This document shows positions 9,630-21,799 of a stretch of 30,420 nucleotides of DNA, piece by piece. A program made the translations under genes and the position numbers. This DNA comes from Vermamoeba vermiformis (taxonomy: Eukaryota). The stretch spans positions 248,001-278,420 of the forward strand of contig JBEWZL010000200.1 of the NCBI GenBank assembly GCA_045837725.1, in the 5' to 3' direction. The notes under the pieces are model-generated. The model was not told the origin of the DNA. It saw nothing but the letters and a program-made list of their open reading frames with translations, and did not search any database. Within the stretch, counting starts at the first letter, position 1. Every line of letters starts with the position of its first letter.

Positions 9630-11859
9630 CTACAGCGGCACACCATCCACGTCGTCGTCGTCATCCTCTGCTGGCACCACTGTCTTGCGCTCAGCACTCG
9701 AAGTGAGTGAGGGAGTGTGACTAGTCTCACCGACGAACACGCCGCGCAATTGATCGAGCAGATCTGGTGGATAGAGCGACCAGTCCAGCCAGATCTTCAA
9801 TACCCGCATTATTGGGTCTTTGAAGTTCTGCGCCATAATTCTGCTCGTGAATGTCTTGTACTTGGCGTGCAGGGCCTCAAAGATCACGGGCAATGTCTCT
9901 TGAAATCTGACACGTGTCGTTAGCTCTGACGCACTACTAGCGTGCTATTGGCGGTACTTACCCAGCACGGAACTGACTGCCGTGTTGTATGCCCGCATTG
10001 CTGTTGTACAAGATGTCTGAGATGAGCCACAGTCGTGCAATGGCGAGTACTGGTGACAGCTCATTGGTCTGCACCAGCATTGACTCGCTCAACACGCGCA
10101 CGAGTTCTGCAGCACTGTCCGCACGTTCAACTGCAAATATCATTGCATCTCTGATCGAGACACGCGACAGATTCAAGTGTTCGAGCAGTGACTTCCATTC
10201 ACTCAAATCACGTGGCAGAAGTGGCTTGCTGCGGAACTTTTTCATGAATGCAGACCAGTCGAATTGGAAGGGCTCAGGCACGGGTGGTGGTACCCACAGC
10301 GGACCTCCAACGAACATGACGAACGGTGTTGTGCGCCACGACTCGAGCGTGTCACCTTGGAGCAGCGAATACACGCGCCATCGATAGTAGAGGTTGTCAT
10401 TGGTGCCGTTCTGAAACAAGAAAGACAGCTTGGGGTGCTGTGAATGACGCTCGACAAGTTGTTGCTGCAGCGATCGTATTAATACTAAGTATATATATAT
10501 CTCACGCGCGGATGTACGCACCTCAAACTGCTGTCCATGCGTCACTACGAGCTGCGCCAATCGATCAGCGGTCTCGCGCTTCGACTGGTCACTCGGAGGC
10601 ACCACAATCAGCTGCGGCGGTGCTTGCACTGCACTCGCTGTGCCTTGTGCCCAAGGAGGAGGTGCTGCAACATCTGCAGGACATTAGTATGATGTGCCTA
10701 TTGTACAATCAATGTACGCACTGAGCGAGGGAGGTGGTGCAAAGTTGTGACTGGGTGCAGACTGGTGTTTGGGTGCACGACCCCAGCCCAGTCGCGGCAC
10801 TTGTCCCATAATCTCTTTGTCGCGCATTGCTTCCATCGCTCGCTCTGCTTCAGCGCGTGTGGCAAATTGAACAAATCCACTGTTGCGCGCCTTCTTCTTC
10901 TCCTCTTCAGTCTTGGGCCACAACACTTTGACACTCACAACTGTGCCGTAGGGACTGAACTCGCGGCGTAGTATCTGTTATATATGGTTGAGGTTCAGGC
11001 AATGCAATCGAACAAGCAGAAATGACCGTACCTCTTCCGTGACCTGCAACGAGAGACTTCCAAGAAAAATATTGGTGCTGGTGGCATCAGGCAGTTCATC
11101 CTCCGTGCTGTGTTCTATTCTGTTGCCCGTAGGACCCTTCGCGAACTTCCTGCGCTCTTTTTCTTCTTCTTGTCTGTTACAAAACTGTTCAGTATTGAGA
11201 GTCAACAACACTGGCATAGTGACGAGCTAACTTTTTCAACTCCTCCATAAAAGCATCAATCGTGCGCTTCTTGCCCGTAATAGGAACATTATCGGTGGTT
11301 GGCTTGGGCACTTCACGCTTAGCTATCTCTGCATCCAGTTTGTACTCGCGATTGTCAACCGCTTGTTGCACGGAGAGACCTTTCTCAGTCTGAACAATTG
11401 TTTCTCCGCGCACGAACATTTTGCCTTTAGAATCACTAGCAGAAAATGATTGCACGAATTCTTTGTACACAGCATCTGCCTCTTCTTGTTCTCTCTAATT
11501 GACAACAGAGGAAAAAAAATATGAATATTCGTCGTAAAATTGAATAACATGAATAATTGCTCCGTGTATCACCAAATACGTGTTGCTCGCGGCTTTTCAA
11601 TATTGTGATTTTTTTGAACTAAGCGAGGGCCGGTGGATTACCTTCTTTTTCTTTTCAGCTTCCTCTTTTTGCTTTTGAAAAGGAGATTTGATTACTTTAC
11701 TAACATTTTTCTTGACCTCATTTATATCAGTGGTCTAAAGGCGGTGAGTGGACTTATACCGAATAACGAGAAGAAAGATCTCCGTACCTTGGATGTGGGC
11801 GGTGCTAACTTATCCTTATCGAGCCCATAGGGCAACCGCCTATTAATATTGTCGTCCAT
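9630..11859 (-). CDS. U2SURP: U2 snRNP-associated SURP motif protein (SR140): RRM + SURP + CID, ~8 exons
   Basis: Motifs include [27 protein letters not shown] ([32 protein letters not shown]), SURP ([13 protein letters not shown]), CID ([13 protein letters not shown]) and terminal DDVDGVPL. Confidence 0.93.
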
Positions 11860-12027
11860 AGGTGGACTTTATGCAATAACTGTCTCACAGACGGCAAAAT
11901 GAAACTCATCGCTTTTGGGCGTTTTTTCTTCGGAGAATATTTGCGAAGAATTTTTGAGGCTCGGTTTTGGTCATCCTCGTCTGTCCTTGCTTTTCTCATT
12001 CGTAGCTCCATTGTGCACAGTAGAAAC

Positions 12028-12940
12028 ATGGTCTCTTTGCGACTTCGTAAACGTTTAGCTGCCAGCGTCTTGAAATGCGGCAAGAAGAAGGTTTGGTTAG
12101 ATCCTAACGAGACTTCTGAGATCGAGATGGCCAACTCTCGTAAGTATTTACTATTTACTTCCTTATAATAATTACAAATACTAATAATATAGTACCCGCA
12201 TTATTTGCTGTTGATATTTTTTTAGGGTTATTTATTGGCTTGCAATTTTCAAAATAATAATAATAATAATTAAATTATCAGGTCAACAAATCCGCAAGTT
12301 AGTCAAGGACGGTTTGATCATCCGTAAGCCCAACAAGATTCACTCGCGTGCTCGCGTTCGTGCCAGAACCGAGGCCAAGCGAAAGGGCAGACACATGGGT
12401 TTTGGTAAGAGAAAGGGTACCAAGGAAGCCAGAATGCCCACCAAGGTCCTCTGGATCCGCAGAATGCGTGTTTTGCGCAGAATGTTGAAGAAATACCGTG
12501 CCCAAAAGAAGATCGACAAATTCTTGTGAGTATCAAAGATCGATATTTTAATAACCGGATCAGCCAGAAAAAAAAACCAAAATTAGGAAGCAACTCAATA
12601 TACAAATGATCGACACACAAATTTAATTGTGGCATGATATTCTACCTCCATAATTTTAGAACCGAATCTAATCTCGTATCTGATCAGGTACCACGAGTTG
12701 TACTTGAAGGTCAAGGGTAACGTCTTCAAGAACAAGCGTGTTTTGATGGAACACATCTTCGAAGCCAAGGCTGAAAAGCAACGTAACAAGAACCTCGAAG
12801 AGCAAGCCGCTGCTCACCGTTTGAAGAACCAAGCCAGACGTGAGAGACGTTCAAAGAAGGTCGCTGAGCGCAGAAAGTTGGGTGTTGCTGAAGAAGCTGA
12901 GGACAAGCCCCAAGACACTAAGGCCCAAGCCAAGAAATAA
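12028..12940 (+). CDS. RPL19: 60S ribosomal protein L19 (eL19), 3 exons
   Basis: [41 protein letters not shown] and [19 protein letters not shown]. Introns at 12140-12281 and 12526-12687. Confidence 0.98.
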
Positions 12941-13083
12941 GTCGCTTCTCTGTCAAATAATAAAACCAAAACCTTCATTAAAAACTACTGTGCTCCTCTT
13001 TGATTAAAAGAATAGTTTTATTATTAATTACAACTAATAGCGCCGCAATATAGTACTAGCTATTGATTTCTATTAGGATGGGC

Positions 13084-13597
13084 TTAGACGGCAGCTCTGA
13101 TGATTTGCAACAAAGCAGATCCGACAACAACGAACAAGAAGAAACCAATCACAACAGGACCGACTGCGAGGGAGCTTTCTTTCTTCTGCAATACATAAAT
13201 ATGCATTAATAAGCGTTACTAAGCAATGCAGATGAGGATCAAACAACTTACGGTGCTGCCAGAGGAGACGTTTCCTCTTTTTTCAATATTTTGATGGAAT
13301 TTCTCGCTCTTCTTTCGCAACTTGCGTACTTGAGGTGACTATGCAATAACGAGATGAATTAATAAGCTAATTCATGTTGGGCAAGAAAATTCAAAATAAT
13401 TATGAAAAACTAAAAAAAACTGAAATAATTATTTGTATTATCGTTAACAGTTGTAAGAGTATGCATTAGTTGTAGTGTTGTATTTGCGAAACAGAATTAC
13501 AGTTAATATTGCTGAAATGATCTATTTTCAAAATATTATTTGCTAGCCCACTGCAGCAGCTCACTGCAGGCCATGTAACAGCAATACTTACAGGCAT
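13084..13597 (-). CDS. SERP1: RAMP4/SERP1 stress-associated ER tail-anchored protein, 64 aa, 3 exons (not in ORF track)
   Basis: Exons 13597-13592, 13338-13252 and 13185-13084 give MPSPQVRKLRKKSEKFHQNIEKRGNVSSGSTKKESSLAVGPVVIGFFLFVVVGSALLQIIRAAV. Confidence 0.92.
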
Positions 13598-13825
13598 GTT
13601 GTTATAGTGCGGAGACTAGTGTGTTATTGCTATTAATAATACTGCACGAAATAACTGTTCCGTGACGTGGAGCCAGAAATATCCCTGCTGGTCAACATCG
13701 GTCATTATCAATTCATCGCTGAATACGAGCACATATATATAGGGAATATATGTTCGTATTCATTTAGGACCTATTGCTGCGGTCCATTTTGTTGGTGTTG
13801 ACCTCGCGATTGACTCGATCTAGAC

Positions 13826-16800
13826 ATGGCAGACAAAGAGACATTGCCCGTAGATTATACTAAATATAGAGGCCTATCATCGCGCAGAGCTTATAAGTAC
13901 GCTTGTCTTGCATTTATTGTTTGAGCTATTGCAGATCCGCGATCCAGCCGATAACACCGTTGGCCTTTTTAATCAATTTACGACACTCAGCTATTAATAA
14001 TAATACTATTATAGGACCCTACGAGGTGCTATTAGAAAGCTGCTTCGCGATGAGCAAGCTAAATACAAGAATTATAGTCGTATATTTGCTGGCTATTGGT
14101 TCTCAAGGCCGATTACATGGCTCTATATACTCACGTGTGGTCTATTGCTCACTTATTACTTTTTCGCCGATTCCGCTGAGCAGATCCGCACGATCGTCGA
14201 GTTTTGCTTAGTGTCAACTTTCTTCTTACTGAATTCACTGCTCACGTACTTCAACAAGCTCGCACTAGTACGTATAGTAATATAATACATCTTCTAGTCT
14301 CACTGTGCATTCCAGTGTGTCGGTCGTATTCGTCGTGCACGCGCGCATTTGAAAGCATTCAAACCTGAACGAGATCCGCTGCTCAGTATGTGCATGCCTT
14401 AGACGGTATTAATCCTTATTAATGTCCTGCAGCGATGAGTCAGGACGAGATGGCACGTCAGGCCTCCAACAGTGCGTGCGACTATCAACGCGTGCGTCGT
14501 GACGGGCAGTGGCAATTGTTGCCAGCAGCGCTCTTGGTCGAGGGAGATCTCGTGCTGCTCGCTGTCAATCAACACGCGCCAGCTCGTGTCACTTCACTGC
14601 ACTACTCGGGTACGTACCGCACGTGTGTGACACCTGTCAAGCACTGACACCTGTCAGACGTGGAGCTCCAAGCAGGTGAGCTCGTGACCGTGGAGCCCTT
14701 TCAAATGCCGTCCTCCCCGCCCAGTGCTGATCACGTGGGTCGCGATTGGTCACCGTGGCGTGTGCTCGAGACATCCATTCTCGGCACTCTCACGCAGACC
14801 TTTGCAGCTGGGCCTGATCTCCCGCTCGAGCTCATCCCTCCAGCCCTGTCACGTGCACTCTGGGTGTGTGGTCTGACCTCACTCGCCGTGTCAGTCATCA
14901 ACTCTGTCGTGCGAGTCGCGGTGCTCGAACATCAGCGCGCACTGTGGCCCTGGTTGTTCATGCAGCGCAACGCATTCTTGTTGTTGCCTATTTTGGGCAT
15001 CACCGTGCCAGCACTCGAGTGGATCATCACGTGCTTGCAGAATGCGCGGCTGTGGGCCTTGTTTCACACGCAGCAATTGACACCTGTCACTGCGCGTACT
15101 GCACAAGATGAAGAGCACGTGCTCAAAATCGATCACGAGCCCAGCGCCAAGTACGAAGAGGTGCCTGGAGGTATGTCCAAATAAGGCAATAACTGTCAGT
15201 GCTAACTGAGCTACAGCCCTGGTTAAGGACTACTTCGATCACTTCATGCGCGGTGACAGCAGCGTGCTATCTCGCTACTCGAGATTGATACACGTGCTCG
15301 GACACGCCACTACACTGTGCGTGATTGACAAAGAAGGCATATTGTCCGAGACTATTCCTTATCCGGAAAAGCTTTGCGTGTTCAACGACGAAGAGAGCGT
15401 GGTGCTGGCACTCGAGCGACAGCAGCGGAATTCAATTCGCTTCGTGTCTGAGAACTGGGAAGACTATCTCCCGTAAGATCTCCGCTGTCACTGCCACGTG
15501 TCACTCACGTATCTATATTTAGTGCCCTCAAGCCGCTCGGACTGAATGCCATGCTCAATTCGAGCTGCAAATCACGTGCGCGTCAACATCGCGATCGGGC
15601 CCTGGACTCGCCGAGTCACGTGTTCGATCACGTGCCATTCATCAGCGGTCAGTGTCACTCTGTGCAGTGCTCTGTGTGCTAATGGTTTCTAAAAATAGAA
15701 CACAACAAGTGCCTGTATCTCCTGGGTCGCGAGATTGGCTTCACAGAGCAGGTGATCGAGAACTACATTCATCTGAACGAGACGCACATCTATCAGACAC
15801 AGGCTGTGCATCACTTGCCAGGCCAGGGACTCAATGGTGGCAACAGCATTGACAGTCAGTATCAGTCCATCATTGCCTTATTAGTACAGGACATCGCCTC
15901 CGAGTCTTTGCAGTTGTTGTCGCGAGGCAGTCCGGAGTTCGTGCTTGACGTCTGTCAACGTAAGTGTCACGTGTCTCTCGTGCAAGTCAGTGATTGACAG
16001 GTGTCACACAGAGTACTGGAACGGCGAGTCCCTCAACCGCATGAACGATCAGATCCGCACGTCCATCACACGCCTGTACACGCAGTGGGGCGTCAATGTC
16101 GACTATCATTGCATCTGTTTCTCGTGCGTCACCTGTCACTACGCCCATCGCTGGCACTAATGTCTAATTATAGTTACAAGCCGATCGATCGTCGCTTCAA
16201 GATGTTGTTCAAAGAGCGCGGTGTGCTGCTGTCGAGTGAAATTGGCCAATCAGCAGTCGTGGATGAGAGCGAGAGCAGTGGCACCACCATTGGCACGCGC
16301 AAGAGCTCCGAGATCAAGAAGCGGAACAAAAAGCTAAAAATAGAAGCGATTAAGAACAAGCGCAAAGAAAAGAACAAAAAAGGCACTTCGAGCTCGTTCG
16401 ATGTGTTCGGACTGAAAAAGAAGTCACGTGACAAGAAGAAAAAAGACCGCGCCAGTGCCGCGGAGAGTCGCACTGGTGACGCGAGTGAGCCCGATGAGCC
16501 ACGTGATCAAGCTAATAATAGCACTGCCAGTCCACGTGACAGTGTCAGTGAGGGCCCTGATGAGCGCGAGGGTCCCGAGAGTGAGTCACGTGATCACGTG
16601 CGCGACACTGAACAACAGTCACGTGATCAGCAAGAGAAGAGTGCCAGCGACAGTGTGCCACCAGACCACGTGACCGAGCGGCACGATGACAGTGCCAGCA
16701 GTCCACGTGCTCTGCCGCGCATTGACGAACAAGACGAGAGCAGCGAGCACGTGATCGACGCCGAGACCAGTGCGGAACAACCCATGGATGCGAGTGCGGA

Positions 16801-18675
16801 ACAACTCATGGAGGCCAGTGCGTCACGTGTGATCGACGAGTCGTCACGTGTGGAGACGGAATTCACTGAACGCGAAGACGAGTCCGATCTGACCGCGAGC
16901 TACAAACAGGCGCTGTACGACCAGACCCTGCTCGGCATGGCGGCAGTGCGCTACTTGCCGCGCGACAGTGTGCCGCAGCTGATTGAAGAGCTGATGGACG
17001 CGTCGATTCGCTTCGTGTACTTCTCGCGCGTGAATGAACAGCGCACCAAACTGTTCGCGGACAAATTGGGCCTCGAGACTGATTGGAATTGCTGCATCTC
17101 ACTGCAAGAGCACGTGATTCAACCAGGGCCCAGCTCGGAGATTGCTCCGACCTCACCAGGGTCTGCCATCGAGAAGTTGCCGCACGGGATTGAAAAGATC
17201 AAGCGCCATATTAGGGAAGTGGACAATGTGCCACTGCTCGTCAAGATGTTCTCTGACGCCACACCGCAGAACACGATGGAAATGGTAATGTGCCACCTGC
17301 CACCACTCGCACTCACTCACTGACACGTGTCACAGATTGACATCTTGCAGCAGAACGGCGAGGTCTGTGTCGTGCTCGGCAGTGCACTGCAGTTGCAGCA
17401 CCAGCACGCGTTCATGGCTGCAGGCAAGTCTATTTTTAGCACCGCGGGAGCACGTGACTAACTTGGTGCCAGATTTGTCCTTCTCACTCATGCCCGAGCG
17501 GGTCAGTGACTGTTCGGGAGATACAGAGCCAGATCAGACACCACGTGATCCACTGGTAGACACGTCACGTGACTTGGAAGATCGCGCGAGAGATCAGACC
17601 TCGCCATTCACCTACTCGTAAGTGCGCTGTTGACATGTGACAGGTGTCATTGACCGCTCTCCGTGCAGGTCAGTGTCGAGCACGCAGTTCAAAGAACACA
17701 AGACGAGCGGAACATTAGCGGTAGATCTCAATTCGCTGCCCTGCGATCTCATCTTCAAGAGTGACACCAATCTGTTTGACATTTACGAATTATTCCGCGC
17801 TGGTCGGCACTTGCTGTCCAACACCACGCAGGCACTGCTGCTATTATTAGGCTCACATCTCGCGCTGCACTATCTCATGCTCATCTCCGCGCTGGTGTAC
17901 GTGCCCCCAGTGCTGAATGGCATACACTTGCTGTGGCTGCTCGTGGTCGTCACACCGCTGCTGGCACTCAGTCTCTTGTGGGCACCGCTCGAGCCCAAAA
18001 TCATGAAACAAATTGCGCCGAAAAACCTCCCGATCAAAACGCGACGATTGTTCCGCTATCTCGGATATTTTGTGGCACGTGCCATCCCCTCGGTGCTGGT
18101 CTGCGTCGTGATCTATATTTGGGTGCTGCAACTGACCTGGACGACATTTGACACGCGTGTCATTTACGGCACCGCACTGCCCGCGGACTTTGATTGGTCA
18201 AATTATTTTCAAGCGGTGCACTTTTCACAGAACGTGACGCTGTACGCCTTTGTGCTATATTTGGGTATGTGCCACCACTCTTAATTCGGCAAAGCTAATT
18301 CTGTGGCAGTGGTCACCTCGCTCACGTGTCACCATCGAAATCTCAGTCTAAAAGTGGTCAATCCGTTCATGAACCGACCCTGGGTGATCGGTGTGCCCAT
18401 CACGTACGTACCAGCACTTGCCTAATTGGGAAATACTGACAATTCCCTACAGACTGGTGCTTCAAACAGCGTTCTTTGTGATCTCGTTGCGCGGAGATTT
18501 ATCGTTGCTGTCGCAGATCACGTGGCCAGTGTGGCTGATCATCTTTGGCTGGCTGCCGCTATTAATAGCCACACACGAGGGCATCAAGCGCATCGATCTC
18601 AATGACTATATTAGGCAACAGACGATCATGAAGCTCGAGTTCAATACCAAATTAGGCATGCACTCACCGATCTAG
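13826..18675 (+). CDS. TMEM94: TMEM94-family P-type-ATPase-like membrane protein, ~15 exons
   Basis: RDGQWQLLPAALLVEGDLV, CVIDKEGILS, IRFVYFS..KLGLETDWNCCISL, KLPHGIEKIKRHIREVDNVPLLV and C-terminal KLEFNTKLGMHSPI. Confidence 0.93.
16769..16822 (+). repeat. 24-nt coding tandem repeat (SAEQPMDA SAEQLMEA SA) within the TMEM94 low-complexity insert
   Basis: agtgcggaacaacccatggatgcg followed by agtgcggaacaactcatggaggcc. Confidence 0.8.
17424..17472 (+). other. GC-AG intron in TMEM94
   Basis: G|GCAAGT...CTAAC...CCAG. Removal joins QNGEVCVVLGSAL..AFMAA to DLSFSLMPE in frame. Confidence 0.8.
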
Positions 18676-19004
18676 CTCCCTCTGATGGCACAGGTATATT
18701 TGCAGTATTTCCTAATTCGTCAATGCCGGTACTTCATTTGCAAGAGCTGGCACTGACTACAGCAGTCGAATGTATCGCGTCCATTGCTGTACAAACTGTA
18801 ATAAAGCAGTCGAGTCCGTGGAGCACGTGACTGGAAATTTCCAGATTGAATCACGTGCCTGACAGCGACTGTTTGAGAATTCAACTGGGCATTAATTTCG
18901 TACCAATCGATTGAACGGACCACGATATGTATATATAGTACTCTAGCGAATATAATTTGTAATTATTCTTGTAATTATTTGTTTGTATTATTTGTAATTT
19001 AACA

Positions 19005-20979
19005 ATGGAGGTTGCGGATGTGCCCGAAGATCTGGTAAGACAATTTAATTATTAATTTTTACATGATAGAAAATTCGTTGCGACGGCATTAGCACTAATG
19101 AATGTAAAACGCAATTTCGAAAAGCGCATCTGAAATTAAATATGAATTTTCTTTGCCGAGCAGGACGGCGCTGCAGAACTGCGCGAATTATCTCCGACAT
19201 TAGAAGAGATCATATTGTCGTCAGAACTACACACCTATGCGAACGAAGAAGAGCTGTGGCAAGAGTTGCAGCACTTTATTCGCAAGATCTACTCCGAGAC
19301 GTACAACGCGACGGGCAGTCAGAGCGATGAAATACTGAACATACCCTTCGAGCGAGTGTATCCTTAGTCCCTAGTCTCTGTACATATCTCACCACTCGGT
19401 CGAGTTATTTCCTTAACAGGCACTTGCCATATTTAGACATTGGCTGGTGCACGCGCTGTGCGTGGTGAATGCAGACTACTTGCTGCGCGTGTTGGAGAAA
19501 GAGGCCTATCGCTACTTGAAGTTCTTGCAGCACCAGCTCTTGGAGTCCATGTCCTGCCTGCCTGACAGTACGTCCAAATTTAGCAATCGCCGTTCAGTGA
19601 ATTGACACGTGTCACAGATGTCGAGTCCAAGGCCGTGTCCAGCGTGTTCTTGAAGTTGATTCTGATCACTTTTGAGAACCTCATGTGCACCAACGACATC
19701 TTCAACGGCGTGCTGGTGAGACTGTCACGTGATGCTGTGCCGTTCACTGAACTGTTAACTAACTACCTTTCCTTATTTAGACACTACTCCACAATTGCTA
19801 TCTGTTCCGCTTCAAGTTTTCGTTTGCAGATCTGAACAAAGGTCTATTTTTAGAACTGATTTGGAACAACGACGAGTCACGTGACAAAGCGAGCAACAAA
19901 TCCATCAAGAGCTACGTCGATCGATCGAAGAGTTTGATATTTGCACAGCGCAGTCACAGCGAGGCAGTCAGCGAGGAGTTGACGCAAGCCGATCAGAATT
20001 TCTTCGAATTAGGACAACAATTTCTCAATTTTGAAGCCGTGCTCGACGAGTTCAAAGTCACGTGGCCTGTGACCAAACAGCGCATTCTGACTTATCACGT
20101 GATCCACCCTGATGATTTGCAGCTCATCGTGCAGGACATTAGAACGCAGCTGCAAACCACCGCAGAGCATTTGCAGTTCAGTGACGAGCACGTGGACAGC
20201 GAGGACGGCGAATTCAGTGAACCAATCTCCGCGGAGATCCCGATCAGACCACGTGTCAAGAGGTCACTGAATCGATCAGCACTGAATCTGACGACGAGAC
20301 CACAGTTATTCCGCTCAATCAGTCACGTGTGCGGCGGACCAATCACAACGACCATTCAGTGAATGCACTGCGCGACAAACTGCGGAACAAATATCGCGCC
20401 AAGAAACAAGCGGAGACTGAACAGCATCACGTGCCTGACGCGCAGTCAGAACACAGTACGACACTGTGCTGTCAACTGAAGACCTCTAACAACATTTCCT
20501 TATTAGGCAATGACTCGCGATCCATCGACGAGTTGGTGAACTTCATCAACCAAGAAAAGAAGAAAAAGAAAAAGAAAAAGTCCAAAAAAGGAAACCCGTC
20601 CTCCACTCCAGCCTCAGATGTGCCACCAGCACTGACCAATCACGTGACAAGCACAGCTGCAAACACTGATCACGTGCCAGTCAAATCACTCGCGCAATTA
20701 AATGGTCTCGGAGCCTATCCGAGGTTCTGGGAAGAGGACCACGAGTCACGTGATCCTGAACTCGACAAATTAGTCGAAGAATTCCGGCAAAGACTCGCAG
20801 ACCACCAGCTAAAAATAGAAAAACAGGAACCTGCAAAGATGAAAATAGAGCCACGAGCCTTTGAACGCCTGGCCGACATTTGTCGGAACAGTTCTAAAAA
20901 TAGATTTCAGAGCCCTGGTGAGCGCACTGCACCCGCCAATCAGGGCACTCATCGCTCAAAAAGGAAAAAGAAAAAATAA
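19005..20979 (+). CDS. FAM193-like protein, 5 exons, one apparent 1-nt frameshift at ~20340
   Basis: N-terminal LWQELQHFIRKIY..LVHALCVVNADYLLRVLEKEA and C-terminal LRDKLRNKY, RSIDELVNFIN and DPELDKLVEEFRQRL. These resemble FAM193 conserved blocks, recognised from memory. Confidence 0.65.
19358..19436 (+). other. U12-type GT-AG intron in FAM193-like gene
   Basis: 5' site GTATCCTT, branch TTTCCTTAAC (19408-19417), AG at 19435-19436. Splicing gives in-frame PFERVHWLVHAL. Confidence 0.88.
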
Positions 20980-21138
20980 ACGTTGTTGTCTGTCATCGCA
21001 AGTGTTGAACACCACCCTTGAGAATAGGACGGGTTGAATATAGCACTTGTAGTGGAAATATTTTGTTATTATTATTGTTGTAACCATAGTGTAGTAATTG
21101 CCTAGTCTAGTGAAATAGAAAGTTAATACAGATCTCAA

Positions 21139-21712
21139 ATGACTAACGCACAAGAACGATTTGAATTATTGGATGATGAGAACACTATCAAGTGAGTTTT
21201 ATTAATTTAATAGTATATGTGTGTGTTATTTATTAGCGAAATATTCTTTTATTTTATTAAAGCCATAATTAATTACAGAATATTTGCTTAAATTCTTATT
21301 ACATAATTATCGCTTTTCTATGGTATTAAATATTATTTCAATGCCGATAATAATATTAAAATCATTTATCAGAGTCTCGTTCGAAAAAGACACAAAAATT
21401 CCGAATGCAGTCACCTTCACCATCAGAAAAGAAGATCATACGCTAGGCAATCTACTACGAATGTGCGTATAATGTATTTTTTGCTATCGATCGTACTAAG
21501 ATAACCCCAGGCAATTGCTGCGAGATCCTGCGGTCAGTTTTGCCGCGTACAAAGTGCCCCATCCACTCGAGCCACAAATTGTTGTCAAAGTGCAGACCAA
21601 AGAGAATAAGGACCCTGTTATTACTACCACCACTGCGCTCACTGCACTCGAAAATGAATTCGCTGAGATGCGTTCCAAACTCGAAGAACAACTGCAACGT
21701 CACCGCCAATAA
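21139..21712 (+). CDS. RPB11: RNA polymerase II subunit RPB11, 3 exons
   Basis: [57 protein letters not shown]. Confidence 0.95.
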
Positions 21713-21799
21713 GAGCTAAAAATAGTCCGTTTGTACTTTCCTAATTTGTAAATAAATTGCGCAAAGCTATCATACAGGGTGATTTATGGTTGACAGGTG

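Noticed and set aside
11730-11870. Apparent hairpins (GGCGGT..ACCGCC) suggesting an ncRNA between U2SURP and RPL19
   Set aside because: The region is explained by the first exons and intron of U2SURP on the minus strand.
12526-12687. Possible C/D snoRNA in RPL19 intron 2
   Set aside because: No canonical RTGATGA box. The CTGA lies at the branch/acceptor position and there is no terminal stem.
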